Source: Candidatus Krumholzibacteriia bacterium
Lineage (GTDB): Bacteria > Krumholzibacteriota > Krumholzibacteriia > LZORAL124-64-63
Direction: 5' to 3'
NCBI GenBank assembly: GCA_036351155.1
Contig: JAZBOO010000104.1
Span: forward strand, 1 to 41,259
DNA: 41,259 nt
Shown here: piece after piece, positions 16,960-25,662 of the stretch
Numbering within the stretch: the stretch's first letter is position 1
How the letters are laid out: each line of letters starts with the position of its first letter
Position numbers and translations under genes: made by a program
Notes under the pieces: model-generated
The model's input: only the letters and a program-made list of their open reading frames with translations
What the model was told of the DNA's origin: nothing
Database searches by the model: none

Positions 16960-18098
16960 CCTTTCCGCTGACGATTCCCGATCCCCTGCGCCGGGCCTTG
17001 CCCCCCGGCACAGGGGTTTTGCTTGGGCTCAGTGGCGGAGTGGACAGCGCCCTGACCCTGGCCCTTTTGCGTGCCCTGGAATGTGATGTCCAGTGCGTGA
17101 CCTTCAAGAATTTCTGTTTCTCCGAGGACCAGGTCGATCTGACCGAGAAAAGCTGCTGCAGCCTCGACGCCATCGAGGATGCCCGGCGTCTGGCCCGACG
17201 GTTCGACGCTCCCCACTGGGTGGGCGATGTGGCTCCGGCCTTCCAGCAGGCGGTCATCGACCCTTTCATCAGCGAGTATCAAGCCGCACGGACACCCAAC
17301 CCCTGCCTGTCCTGCAACTCCGACGTGCGCTTTCCGGAGCTGGTGCGGCTGGCCATGCGCCAGGGGTGTCAGCTTGCCGCCACGGGCCACTATGCCCGGA
17401 TCATGGAACAGGAAGGTGAGGCTCGACTGCTCGCCGGGGTGGATCCCACCAAGGACCAGTCGTACTTCCTGCATCGGGTGCCAGCCGAGCTTTTCGGGCA
17501 CCTGGTTTTCCCCCTGGGCTGGTGGGTCAAGGACGATGTGCGCCACGCGGCCCGGGAACTTGGCCTGAGCGTGGCCGAGAAGCAGGACAGTCAGGAGATC
17601 TGCTTCGTGCCTGACGATGACCGCAGCTTCCTGTTCGACGATGCGGATCGCCCGGGGGATATCGTCAATCGGCAGGGGCAGGTCCTGGGAAGGCACCGGG
17701 GATTGATCCACTACACGGTGGGACAGCGCAAGGGACTGGGGGTGGCGGCCGATCGTCCCCTGTACGTACTGTCTCTGGATCCAGAAAACAACCAGGTGGT
17801 TCTCGGGTACCGCGAGGAACTGGCGGTCACCCGGATCGTGGCCGACCGCTTCCAGGCCGCCTGCGCAGGTTTTCCCGAGCGGATGCCCGAGGGGCGCGCT
17901 TTTCTGGCCAGGGTCCGTCATCGTCACGCCGGCACTCCGGTGGCCGCCTGGCACCGCCAGGAGGACCGACTTGAAGTGATGCTGGCCGAGCCCATCGAAG
18001 GCGTGGCTCCGGGACAGGCCGTGGTCCTCTATGACGGTCCCACGGTCCTGGGCGGCGGACGCATCATGACCACCCACGGTCTGGAGGGCCAAGAATAA
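16956..18098 (+). CDS. mnmA: tRNA 2-thiouridine(34) synthase (C-type, CxxC)
   Basis: PP-loop SGGVDS, TPNPCLSCN, ATGHYAR, KDQSYFL, DSQEICF, YTVGQRKGLG, PGQAVVLY. Confidence 0.96.
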   Translation: MTFPLTIPDPLRRALPPGTGVLLGLSGGVDSALTLALLRALECDVQCVTFKNFCFSEDQVDLTEKSCCSLDAIEDARRLARRFDAPHWVGDVAPAFQQAVIDPFISEYQAARTPNPCLSCNSDVRFPELVRLAMRQGCQLAATGHYARIMEQEGEARLLAGVDPTKDQSYFLHRVPAELFGHLVFPLGWWVKDDVRHAARELGLSVAEKQDSQEICFVPDDDRSFLFDDADRPGDIVNRQGQVLGRHRGLIHYTVGQRKGLGVAADRPLYVLSLDPENNQVVLGYREELAVTRIVADRFQAACAGFPERMPEGRAFLARVRHRHAGTPVAAWHRQEDRLEVMLAEPIEGVAPGQAVVLYDGPTVLGGGRIMTTHGLEGQE

Positions 18099-19357
18099 TG
18101 TCCAAGAAACTGATCAAGAGGTCCGGGATTCTGCTGGCCGTTCTGCTGCTGGTTCCCCTGTTGCTGGGCCCGGTGGGCATCCTTCTGTTGCCGAAGGACA
18201 AGTTGCGCGACCAGCTGGCCGAAGAGCTGGCTCGAGCCACGGGTGCCGAGGTGGAGCTGGGCAAGGCTTCGGTGCGTCTGTGGCCTCACCTGGGACTGCG
18301 CCTTGAAGGCGGAACCATTGCGGGCACGGGCCCGGCACTGGAAAGGGCCACCGGCAGTGAGAACACACTGGAAGACTATCGCGTCGAACTGGGTGACCTG
18401 GATGTCGAGATGGCTCTGCGCCCCCTGCTGAGCAAGCAGGTCGAGGTGAGCGAGGTCTCCATCACCGGGCCTTTGCTGGAGTTTGCCTGGGATGGAGGAA
18501 GCCTGTCAGCGAGGGACTACCAGCTGACGCTGTCCGGACTGGCCCTGTCCATGGAAGCGACTCAGGCCGGTGTTTCCCCGTCTGGCGGGGGAGAATCTGC
18601 GCCCGGGGATCTGATTCCCGAGGATCTGCGACTGGATTTTGCCGGCCAGGTGGCCCTCCTGAACCTGCAAAAGGTGGACTACGACGAGGTGGAGTTTTCC
18701 GGAGATCTGGACGCCCGGCTGCTGACCGTGACTGCACTGACTTGCCGACGGGCCGGAGGTCATCTTGCCGCCGAGGGTGAGATCGATTTTGAACGGGACC
18801 CTCACGGGGAACTCGATTTTCAGGCCCAGGTGGAGGGCGTGCCGGCGGTTTCGCTGCTGCAGCCCTGGGCCCCGGATCTGGGCCAGCGGTTGACCGGCGA
18901 TCTGCAGGGGGAAATCTCCGGAACCTGCAACCTGAAGGACGCGGAGACCGTGCTGGCCTCGCTGAGCCTGAATGGAAGCCTGGGCTGCGGCGAAGGTGAG
19001 CTAAGGGCCGCCGACTGGCTGGAGGAAGTGCTGCCCTACCTGGGGTCGCGCCGGGATCTGGTCAATATTTCGTTCCGCGGCCTGGAGCATGATTTTCGGG
19101 TGGACGAGGGGAAGTACCATCTGGAGCATCTGGTGATCGATGGGCTGGATACTCACTGGACCGGAAGCGGCTGGATTGGTCTGGATGGAACCCTGGACGC
19201 CGGCTTGAAGGTCAAGCTGCCGGCGGGCTTCACCCCAGATCTGGGGAACTGGTCCTTTCTGGCCGAAACTCTGCGCGACGAGGATGGCCGGGTCAATCTG
19301 GGGCTCAAGCTGTCGGGAAAAACAGCCAAACCCCGGGTCGGGGTGGATTTTCGGTAA
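18098..19357 (+). CDS. AsmA-like lipid-bridge family protein
   Basis: N-terminal TM anchor, LARATGAEVELG...LWPHLGLRL AsmA-like start, beta-rich C-terminal region (G-G-IGLDG-LD, LKLSG---P); TAATG overlap with mnmA. Confidence 0.7.
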   Translation: MSKKLIKRSGILLAVLLLVPLLLGPVGILLLPKDKLRDQLAEELARATGAEVELGKASVRLWPHLGLRLEGGTIAGTGPALERATGSENTLEDYRVELGDLDVEMALRPLLSKQVEVSEVSITGPLLEFAWDGGSLSARDYQLTLSGLALSMEATQAGVSPSGGGESAPGDLIPEDLRLDFAGQVALLNLQKVDYDEVEFSGDLDARLLTVTALTCRRAGGHLAAEGEIDFERDPHGELDFQAQVEGVPAVSLLQPWAPDLGQRLTGDLQGEISGTCNLKDAETVLASLSLNGSLGCGEGELRAADWLEEVLPYLGSRRDLVNISFRGLEHDFRVDEGKYHLEHLVIDGLDTHWTGSGWIGLDGTLDAGLKVKLPAGFTPDLGNWSFLAETLRDEDGRVNLGLKLSGKTAKPRVGVDFR

Positions 19358-19416
19358 AACTCGCAGTCCTGGTCCCGAGCTGGATCAAGCCGCCTTGCGA
19401 AAATTGGGCGGTCTTC

Positions 19417-19445
19417 TTGACAAACGGGAAACCAGATAGTACCGT
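19417..19445 (+). promoter_or_regulatory. sigma70 promoter upstream of the tRNA-Ser-Ser-Arg operon
   Basis: TTGACA (19417-19422), 17 nt, TACCGT (19440-19445); a weaker second candidate TTGCAT-17-CATTTT at 19526-19554. Confidence 0.6.
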
Positions 19446-19588
19446 GCCTTTCCGCTGACCGCCTTGGGCTTGCCCTCGGGGCGGTCGGTTGCGGTCCTGG
19501 GCCGAACCTGTTTTTGGGTCGGGGCTTGCATGTGAGGCGGAAAACTGGCATTTTACCAGCGGATGAGCCCCCGAGAGTTTGGTAGCGT

Positions 19589-19675
19589 GGAGGGCTAGTC
19601 CTAATTGGTAAGGCAGCGGTCTTGAAAACCGCCGGGTTCACGCCCTTGGGGGTTCGAGTCCCCCGCCCTCCGCCA
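19589..19675 (+). tRNA. tRNA-Ser (TGA)
   Basis: GGAGGGC/GCCCTCC acceptor, G discriminator plus CCA, anticodon loop CTTGAAA, long variable arm, GGTTCGAGTCC T-arm. Confidence 0.93.
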
Positions 19676-19683
19676 GAATAGCC

Positions 19684-19771
<88 letters not shown>

Positions 19772-19790
19772 GAAAAAATGCGAATAAGGT

Positions 19791-19867
19791 GCGCCCATAG
19801 CTCAACTGGATAGAGCGTCTGGCTACGGACCAGGAGGTTGGGGGTTCGAATCCTCCTGGGCGTACCA
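19791..19867 (+). tRNA. tRNA-Arg (ACG)
   Basis: GCGCCCATAGCTCAACTGGATAGAGC...CTACGGA...GGTTCGAATCC...ACCA. Confidence 0.97.
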
Positions 19868-19875
19868 CTTTTGCG

Positions 19876-19909
19876 AAAAAAACCCTGTGCTTCGGCGCGG
19901 GGTTTTTTT
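19876..19909 (+). terminator. Terminator of the tRNA operon
   Basis: A-run, CCCTGTGC-ttcg-GCGCGGGG stem, T7. Confidence 0.85.
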
Positions 19910-20096
19910 GTGCTGTCCGGTGGCGGGGGCTTTTGTCCCGACTTTTGCATGGAGAAAAGCACCGCACGGGGAACCGCCCTCCATGGGCCGTGTTATTGAG
20001 GAGGCCAAGGGTGCTGTTATGCCCTATTTTAGGGGTTGTTGCCCTATTCGAGGACCCCATGCCTCTGGCCTGGCCACCCGCAGGGAAGGATCACAT

Positions 20097-21998
20097 TTGA
20101 CCAGATTCATGCCAGTTGTTCTGCTACTGATCGGCCTCGGGATGCACCCGGTTGCCGATCAATCAGCGTTTGCTCAGGATTCCTTGCCTGCGGCCATCCC
20201 TCTCGAGGAAATCTCCCGGGGCATGCGGGGTTATGGGCTGACCGTGTTCGCCGACAGCCGCATCGACACCTTTGCCGTCGAGGTGGTGGGGGTCCAGTCG
20301 GGGGTGCGGGCCAACGGGAGCCTGATCCTGATCGAGGTTTCAGGACATGGGCTGGAAACCTCAAGCATTGCCCAGGGCATGAGCGGCAGCCCGGTGTTTC
20401 TGGAAGGTCGGTTTGCCGGAGCTCTGGCGTTCGGCTGGGGCGGGGCCTTGCGTCCTCTGGCCGGGGTGACTCCTGCCCACGAAATTCTTGGTTTGCCCAC
20501 CCACAGCCATGGGACACGGGCGGCCTTCGACCTCGGGACAGAAATACCTGGTTTCTCGCTCGAATCGTTGGTGACCTCGGCGGAGGAGCCATCGCTGGGT
20601 GCCGCATTGTGGGGGGAAGCCGAGGTCCTGGAACCCGCGCCCTGGACCCCTGGCCAGGATTGGCCGGAGGCTGAATTGCTGATTGCCGACCTACTGGCCC
20701 AGGCCATGGGAAAGGACGCCCCGGCCATGGGGGAGGCGTCCAGTCCCTGGTTCCTGCGGCCTCTGGGGATGGCCACGGCCGGCGTGTCGGGCCAGACCAG
20801 TGCCCCTCCTCTGGACCTGGCTCCGGGCAGCGCCTGTGCTGTGCCGCTGATCACCGGCGATGCCCAGCTGGGAGCCATCGGCACGGTGACCTGGGTGGAT
20901 GGAGAAAACGTCTACATGATGGGTCACCCCTTCATGCAGCGCGGACCCGTGAATCTGCCTCTGGCGACCGCTCACATCCACACCATCTTTCCCAGTCGGC
21001 AGCTTTCCTTCAAGCTGGGTTCGGTGGGCGATATCGTGGGGACGGTTTTTCATGACCAGCGCGCTGGACTGTCCGGTCGTCTGGGGCCGGCCCCGGCCAT
21101 GGTGCCGGTGCAGGTGTCCTGGCAGCTGGAGGACAGCCAGGGGCAGCTGGTCACTCGCGAGTACAGCTTTCAGGTGGTGGATGATCCCCAGCTGACCGGG
21201 CCCCTGGTCTTCTGGACCCTCTACAACTCGCTGCTGGTCGAGGGTGACGACGCCAGCCGCCAGAATCTGCGCTACGACCTGGTCCTGGAATGGGAAGATC
21301 GCCAGAGCGGCGAGGCTTTGCCTCCCGTGAAACTGTCGGGATTGACCGCAGGGCCGGGTGGGGCGGGCCGGCTGGCCACCGAATGGATGGCTCCGATCAA
21401 CGTCCTGCTGAACAACCCCTTTGCACACGGCCGATTGACCGGGGTGCAGGCGCGCATGGCCACCTCGCGCCCCCAGGCTCTGGCGCGGATCGAAAGTGTG
21501 ACCGCCCCGCGGATGATTTCCGTCGGAGCGCAGCAGCTGGTCTGCCGTGTAGAAATGTCACCCTGGCACGGGGGCCGTGAGTCCATCGAGGTGAATCTGG
21601 ATTTGCCGCCTGATCTGGAGCCCGGCAGCTACCGCCTGGCCGTGGCCAGCGCCGCCGAGATGTTCGCCCTGGAGGCACAGCGGGCTCCGGGCAGTCTTCA
21701 GGTGGAATCGTTGAATCGTATGCTCGAGGTGCTGGGGACCGACCGTGACGCTTCGACCCTGGTGGTGGCCCTGTTTGCCCGTGGGTCCGGAATGATGATC
21801 GGTGGCCGGGAGATGACGGGGTTGCCCGACCGGGTTTCACGCCTCATCGCCAGCGGCAACATGGAAGTCAAGCCGGTCATGGCCGATCTGGCCACCCGAT
21901 CCTCGCATCCGACGGCCTGGTTGCTTCAGGGCCATGCCGTGCGCAATATCAAGGTGGCCTCCGGGCCGGAAACCGCTCCCCAGGAAAGGCGACCATGA
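20097..21998 (+). CDS. SpoIVB-like peptidase S55 domain protein (secreted)
   Basis: GM.GYGLTVF, IAQGMSGSPVF..G...GALAFG, AIGTVT, GHPF motifs; signal-like N-terminus; start TTG 20097 after GGAAGGA or ATG 20109. Confidence 0.82.
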   Translation: MTRFMPVVLLLIGLGMHPVADQSAFAQDSLPAAIPLEEISRGMRGYGLTVFADSRIDTFAVEVVGVQSGVRANGSLILIEVSGHGLETSSIAQGMSGSPVFLEGRFAGALAFGWGGALRPLAGVTPAHEILGLPTHSHGTRAAFDLGTEIPGFSLESLVTSAEEPSLGAALWGEAEVLEPAPWTPGQDWPEAELLIADLLAQAMGKDAPAMGEASSPWFLRPLGMATAGVSGQTSAPPLDLAPGSACAVPLITGDAQLGAIGTVTWVDGENVYMMGHPFMQRGPVNLPLATAHIHTIFPSRQLSFKLGSVGDIVGTVFHDQRAGLSGRLGPAPAMVPVQVSWQLEDSQGQLVTREYSFQVVDDPQLTGPLVFWTLYNSLLVEGDDASRQNLRYDLVLEWEDRQSGEALPPVKLSGLTAGPGGAGRLATEWMAPINVLLNNPFAHGRLTGVQARMATSRPQALARIESVTAPRMISVGAQQLVCRVEMSPWHGGRESIEVNLDLPPDLEPGSYRLAVASAAEMFALEAQRAPGSLQVESLNRMLEVLGTDRDASTLVVALFARGSGMMIGGREMTGLPDRVSRLIASGNMEVKPVMADLATRSSHPTAWLLQGHAVRNIKVASGPETAPQERRP

Positions 21999-24208
21999 GC
22001 AGCTGGAAGAACGGATTTTTCCCGATGACGGTTGGACTGCTGGTCTGGGCCACTGCGAGCCTGGCCGCCGGTCCGGTGTACTGGGACTGGCCCCAGGGCC
22101 GGAGCTTGACCGACTCGGAACGCGAGGGCTTTGCCCTGACCTGGCAAGGGCAGCTGGTGCGGGGTCTGGATCATCGCCCGCTGGACATTGCGGGGCCGGA
22201 GGTTCTGTGGGATCTGACGGACGACGGCCAGGGCGGTGTCCTGATCGGTTCCGGCCATGGTGGCGAGCTTTACCGCCTGGATGCCAAGGGAAATGCCTTT
22301 CTGCTGGCTCAGCTGGAGGGCGAAGAAATATTCAGCACGCTGGCGCTGCCCTCGGGGGAAATCCTGGTGGGATGTGGGCCGGGCGGGCAGCTGTTCAAGG
22401 TGACGCCGGACGGTGGCTCGGAGTTGCTGGGCTCGGTGGAAGGCGGCTATGTCTGGGATATGGCGCGCCATCCGGAAACCGGTGACGTGTGGCTGGCGGC
22501 CGGCAGTCCCGCCGCGGTGTACCGCTGGAAGAGCGGAGAAGATCTGACGCGGGTGCGCGAACTTGGCGCCCAGAATTGTCTGGCGGTGGCTTTTCAGGTC
22601 GACGGCCAGCTGCTGCTGGGGACCCAGGGGCCCGGTCTGGTGTACCGGATGGACACGGATCGCCCCGAGGAGGCGACCATCCTTTTTCAGGCAGCCCAGG
22701 ATGAGATTCGGCAGTTCATGACGGGCCCGCAGGGGCAAACCTGTTTTCTGGCTCTGAACAGCGCCCAGGAAGCGGGCGGCCAGAATGGTGACAGTAACGT
22801 TTCCAGCGGCCAGATGCCGCCGGGACTTCTGGAAATGATGGACCTGGGGCCTGCCTCGACGGTGGACCGCTCGGCCCTGTACCGGGTGCATGCCGCCGGC
22901 ACCGTGGACCAGCAATGGGCCGGAGACCTCGATCTGATGATTGCGGCCTACAGCGCCACTTTCGGCTGGCTGGCCGGTGGGCCTCTGGATCAGGACGAGG
23001 GGCAGGCGGTTCTTTACGGGTTGCTGGAACAGAAGCAGTCCATCGAGCTGACGCGCTGGTCGGGCGGAGATATCCTGGACATCCAGGTGCTCCCGCAGAA
23101 AAAAGGAGACGACCGCATACTGGTGGCCCAGGCCCATCCCGGCAGCTTGACCGAGGTGGGGCGCTTCCAGGATGGCTACGCCTCGGTGACCAGCCCGGCG
23201 CTGGACGGTGGGCTTCCGACGCGATGGGGGCGGCTGAGCTGGTCGGGAACGGACCGCGGCGGGCGGTTGCGCTGGTCCGTACGAACGGGCAACAGCGCCG
23301 AACCGGGCGAAGGCTGGAGCTCCTGGACGGAGACCTGGACCGATCAGGACCATGCCCTGGACCTGCCACCCAGTCGTTATATCCAGTGGCGAGCCCAGCA
23401 CCCGCGTGACAAGGAGCCGGAATTCCGCATCGATGGCGTCAGTCTCAGTGGCTGGCAACCCAATCTGCCCCCGCTGCTGGCGCGGCTGGAAATCGAACAG
23501 GTGTCGGACATCAGTCTGGGCGGGATGATGAACGGGTCGGACAACGTGACCCAGTCCTTCCAGAGCGGTCTGAAGGTCGAATTCGGCCGGAATTCACGGG
23601 CTGATCGGCGGGTGGACCAGAAGCGGGCGGCGGTCACACGGCCGGTCCGGGTGTTCACCTGGCAGGGGTCCGACCCCAACGGAGACCGCTTGCTGTATCG
23701 CCTGGAATACCGGCGGCAAGATGCCACCTCCTGGCGCCCGATCCTCAAGGGTACCCAGGAAACCATCGGTGCCTGGGATACCTCGGCCGTGCCGGACGGC
23801 TCCTACACGGTGCGCCTGCGCGCCAGCGATGAACTGGACAATCCCCTGGGCCAGAGTGACGAGTCCGAAATCCGGATGGGCCCTCTGCAGGTGGACAACA
23901 CGCCGCCGGTGATGGACGATTTCGTTCTGGAGCGTACGGGCAACGGATTCATGATCCGGGTTCACTGTGTGGACGCGGCCAGTCCGCTGGCCGAGGCCCG
24001 GTTGATTCTTCCCGACGGCTCGTCAGAACGGCTGGATCCGCTGGACCTGATCTGCGACAGCCGGGCGGAGACTTTCCAGACGAAGGTGGTCTGGCCGCGG
24101 GCGGATCTGCCGGCCGGTGAAGGACGCTGGCGCGTGCGGGTGGAGATTCGGGACCTGAGTGGCAATTTGGCGGTGGCCGAGGGTGATCTCGACCCTGAGC
24201 AAAGGTAG
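21995..24208 (+). CDS. Secreted beta-propeller protein with C-terminal FN3/Ig-like domain
   Basis: Signal peptide (SLA-A); repeated blade motifs (G-G--G-LY/FR); SDPNGD-L-Y-L-Y, WDT--VPDG-Y-VRLRASD, VDNTPP; ATGA overlap with the S55 gene. Confidence 0.75.
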   Translation: MSSWKNGFFPMTVGLLVWATASLAAGPVYWDWPQGRSLTDSEREGFALTWQGQLVRGLDHRPLDIAGPEVLWDLTDDGQGGVLIGSGHGGELYRLDAKGNAFLLAQLEGEEIFSTLALPSGEILVGCGPGGQLFKVTPDGGSELLGSVEGGYVWDMARHPETGDVWLAAGSPAAVYRWKSGEDLTRVRELGAQNCLAVAFQVDGQLLLGTQGPGLVYRMDTDRPEEATILFQAAQDEIRQFMTGPQGQTCFLALNSAQEAGGQNGDSNVSSGQMPPGLLEMMDLGPASTVDRSALYRVHAAGTVDQQWAGDLDLMIAAYSATFGWLAGGPLDQDEGQAVLYGLLEQKQSIELTRWSGGDILDIQVLPQKKGDDRILVAQAHPGSLTEVGRFQDGYASVTSPALDGGLPTRWGRLSWSGTDRGGRLRWSVRTGNSAEPGEGWSSWTETWTDQDHALDLPPSRYIQWRAQHPRDKEPEFRIDGVSLSGWQPNLPPLLARLEIEQVSDISLGGMMNGSDNVTQSFQSGLKVEFGRNSRADRRVDQKRAAVTRPVRVFTWQGSDPNGDRLLYRLEYRRQDATSWRPILKGTQETIGAWDTSAVPDGSYTVRLRASDELDNPLGQSDESEIRMGPLQVDNTPPVMDDFVLERTGNGFMIRVHCVDAASPLAEARLILPDGSSERLDPLDLICDSRAETFQTKVVWPRADLPAGEGRWRVRVEIRDLSGNLAVAEGDLDPEQR

Positions 24209-24214
24209 GATACC

Positions 24215-24700
24215 GTGGAGCGGGACAATCTCTTTGCCTCTTTCCGCAATCATGAACGCTTCATGGGGCAGGCCCTGAAAGAGGCCCAGCTGGCCGCCGA
24301 CAAGGGGGAGGTCCCGGTGGGGGCCGTGATTGTCCGCAATGGGCAGATCATCGGGCGGGGCCACAACCAGACGGAAAGCCTGAAGGACCCCACGGCTCAC
24401 GCCGAGATCCTGGCCATCGGGGCGGCCGGAGGGCAGGGCGAAAGCTGGCGTCTGGATGAGACCACCTTGTATGTGACGCTGGAACCTTGTACCATGTGCA
24501 GCGGCGCGATTCTGCTGGCCCGGGTGGGCCACATCGTGTTCGGGGCCACCGATCCCCGGGCAGGCGCGGTGGTGACCACCGCCCGGACCCTGGACGGCAA
24601 TCCCTACCGCCTGCGGGTAGAGGTGACCGGTGGCATCATGGCCGAGGAATGCGGGGCCATTTTGACGGATTTTTTCCGAAAAAGGCGATCTGCCGAGTAA
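24215..24700 (+). CDS. tadA: tRNA adenosine(34) deaminase
   Basis: GEVPVGAV, DPTAHAE, LYVTLEPCTMCSGA Zn motifs; FFR C-terminus; GTG start. Confidence 0.93.
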   Translation: MERDNLFASFRNHERFMGQALKEAQLAADKGEVPVGAVIVRNGQIIGRGHNQTESLKDPTAHAEILAIGAAGGQGESWRLDETTLYVTLEPCTMCSGAILLARVGHIVFGATDPRAGAVVTTARTLDGNPYRLRVEVTGGIMAEECGAILTDFFRKRRSAE

Positions 24701-24713
24701 AGGCCTCCGGTTG

Positions 24714-24742
24714 TTGATTTTCCCGATGGCCGGTACTATATT
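24714..24742 (+). promoter_or_regulatory. sigma70 promoter of the tRNA-Ser-Ser-Ala-ffs cluster
   Basis: TTGATT (24714-24719), 17 nt, TATATT (24737-24742). Confidence 0.65.
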
Positions 24743-24769
24743 GCTCGCCTTCAAAACTCAATATCGCGT

Positions 24770-24857
<88 letters not shown>

Positions 24858-24887
24858 TTAGACTCGACTTTCCTATGGGCATCCGGC

Positions 24888-24977
24888 GGAGAGGTGCCGG
24901 AGCGGTTGAACGGGGCGGTCTCGAAAACCGTTGAGCTCTTCGGAGTTCCCAGGGTTCGAATCCCTGCCTCTCCGCCA
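24888..24977 (+). tRNA. tRNA-Ser (CGA)
   Basis: GGAGAGG acceptor, anticodon loop CTCGAAA, long variable arm, GCCA end. Confidence 0.96.
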
Positions 24978-24997
24978 GTCCAGGGAATTCAGGTTGT

Positions 24998-25073
24998 GGG
25001 GGTGTAGCTCAGTTGGGAGAGCGCTTCGTTCGCAACGAAGAGGTCAGCGGTTCGATCCCGCTCATCTCCACCA
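24998..25073 (+). tRNA. tRNA-Ala (CGC)
   Basis: GGGGGTG/CATCTCC acceptor with G3.U70 identity pair, anticodon loop TTCGCAA, ACCA end. Confidence 0.96.
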
Positions 25074-25114
25074 CTTCCTGAGGGGCTCCGCGGCGGCGGA
25101 GCCCCGCTACGCAT

Positions 25115-25217
25115 GGTGGGCCAGGCCCGGTGTGACGCCGGAGCACTAACCCCGTCAGGTCTGGAAAGAAGCAGCGGTACGTTCCCTTCGACGTGTGCGC
25201 CGCCAGCCTGGCCCGCT
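25115..25217 (+). ncRNA. ffs: Small signal recognition particle (4.5S) RNA
   Basis: Conserved core TCAGGTCT-GGAA-AGAAGCAGC; closing stem GGTGGGCCAGGC/GCCTGGCCCGCT; canonical position upstream of dnaX. Confidence 0.92.
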
Positions 25218-25233
25218 TTTTCTCCCCTTGATC

Positions 25234-25379
25234 GCAGATGACCCCCGCACCCCCTGAACCGGGGGGCGACGCCCGTCGACTTCGTGTCGCCGGGTGTCTT
25301 GGCGCTCCGGTCGCTACGCCCTCCCTGGCTTCGCTCCCTTCACGACACCCCCGGTTCAGGGGGTGCCACGGTCATCTGC
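25234..25379. repeat. Hairpin repeat element A (REP/MITE-like)
   Basis: Perfect inverted arms 25234-25243/25370-25379 (10 bp) and 25247-25265/25348-25366 (19 bp), enclosing a core shared with element B. Confidence 0.75.
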
Positions 25380-25428
25380 CCTCAGGGGCAGAAAAGCGAG
25401 CCAGGCCGGCGTTCGAGGTGGCCCACGA

Positions 25429-25609
25429 GAGATGGGCCCCAGAAACAGGGGCAGTTGGTCAGGGGCAGTTGGTCAGGGGCCGGGGCGTCATGGAGGGAGC
25501 GGAGCCAGGGATGGCGGAGCGACCGGAATGCCGAGGGGTGAGCGACACGACGTCGCGAGCCCCGTCCCTGGCCCTCTGGCCAACTGCCCCTGTTCCTGGG
25601 GCCCATCTC
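25429..25609. repeat. Hairpin repeat element B (inverted relative of A)
   Basis: 34-bp inverted arms 25429-25462/25576-25609 (2 mismatches); core 25482-25527 is the reverse complement of 25306-25351 at 40/46; internal 14-bp tandem duplication. Confidence 0.75.
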
Positions 25610-25662
25610 ATGTTAAATTGGCACTCCTGAAATCAGCACGGACTTTTCCCCCTCGGAGCATC

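Noticed and set aside
19589..19675. Selenocysteine tRNA
   Set aside because: The anticodon is TGA (Ser), not TCA, and the acceptor/T stems are the standard 7/5
25234..25609. Possible CRISPR array
   Set aside because: Only two core copies, in inverted orientation, with no repeat-spacer periodicity and no cas genes
25238..25630. ORFs across the ffs-dnaX intergenic region, including the extended dnaX start at 25294
   Set aside because: They are translations of the hairpin repeats; DnaX homology begins at MSYQAIARKYRP (25663)
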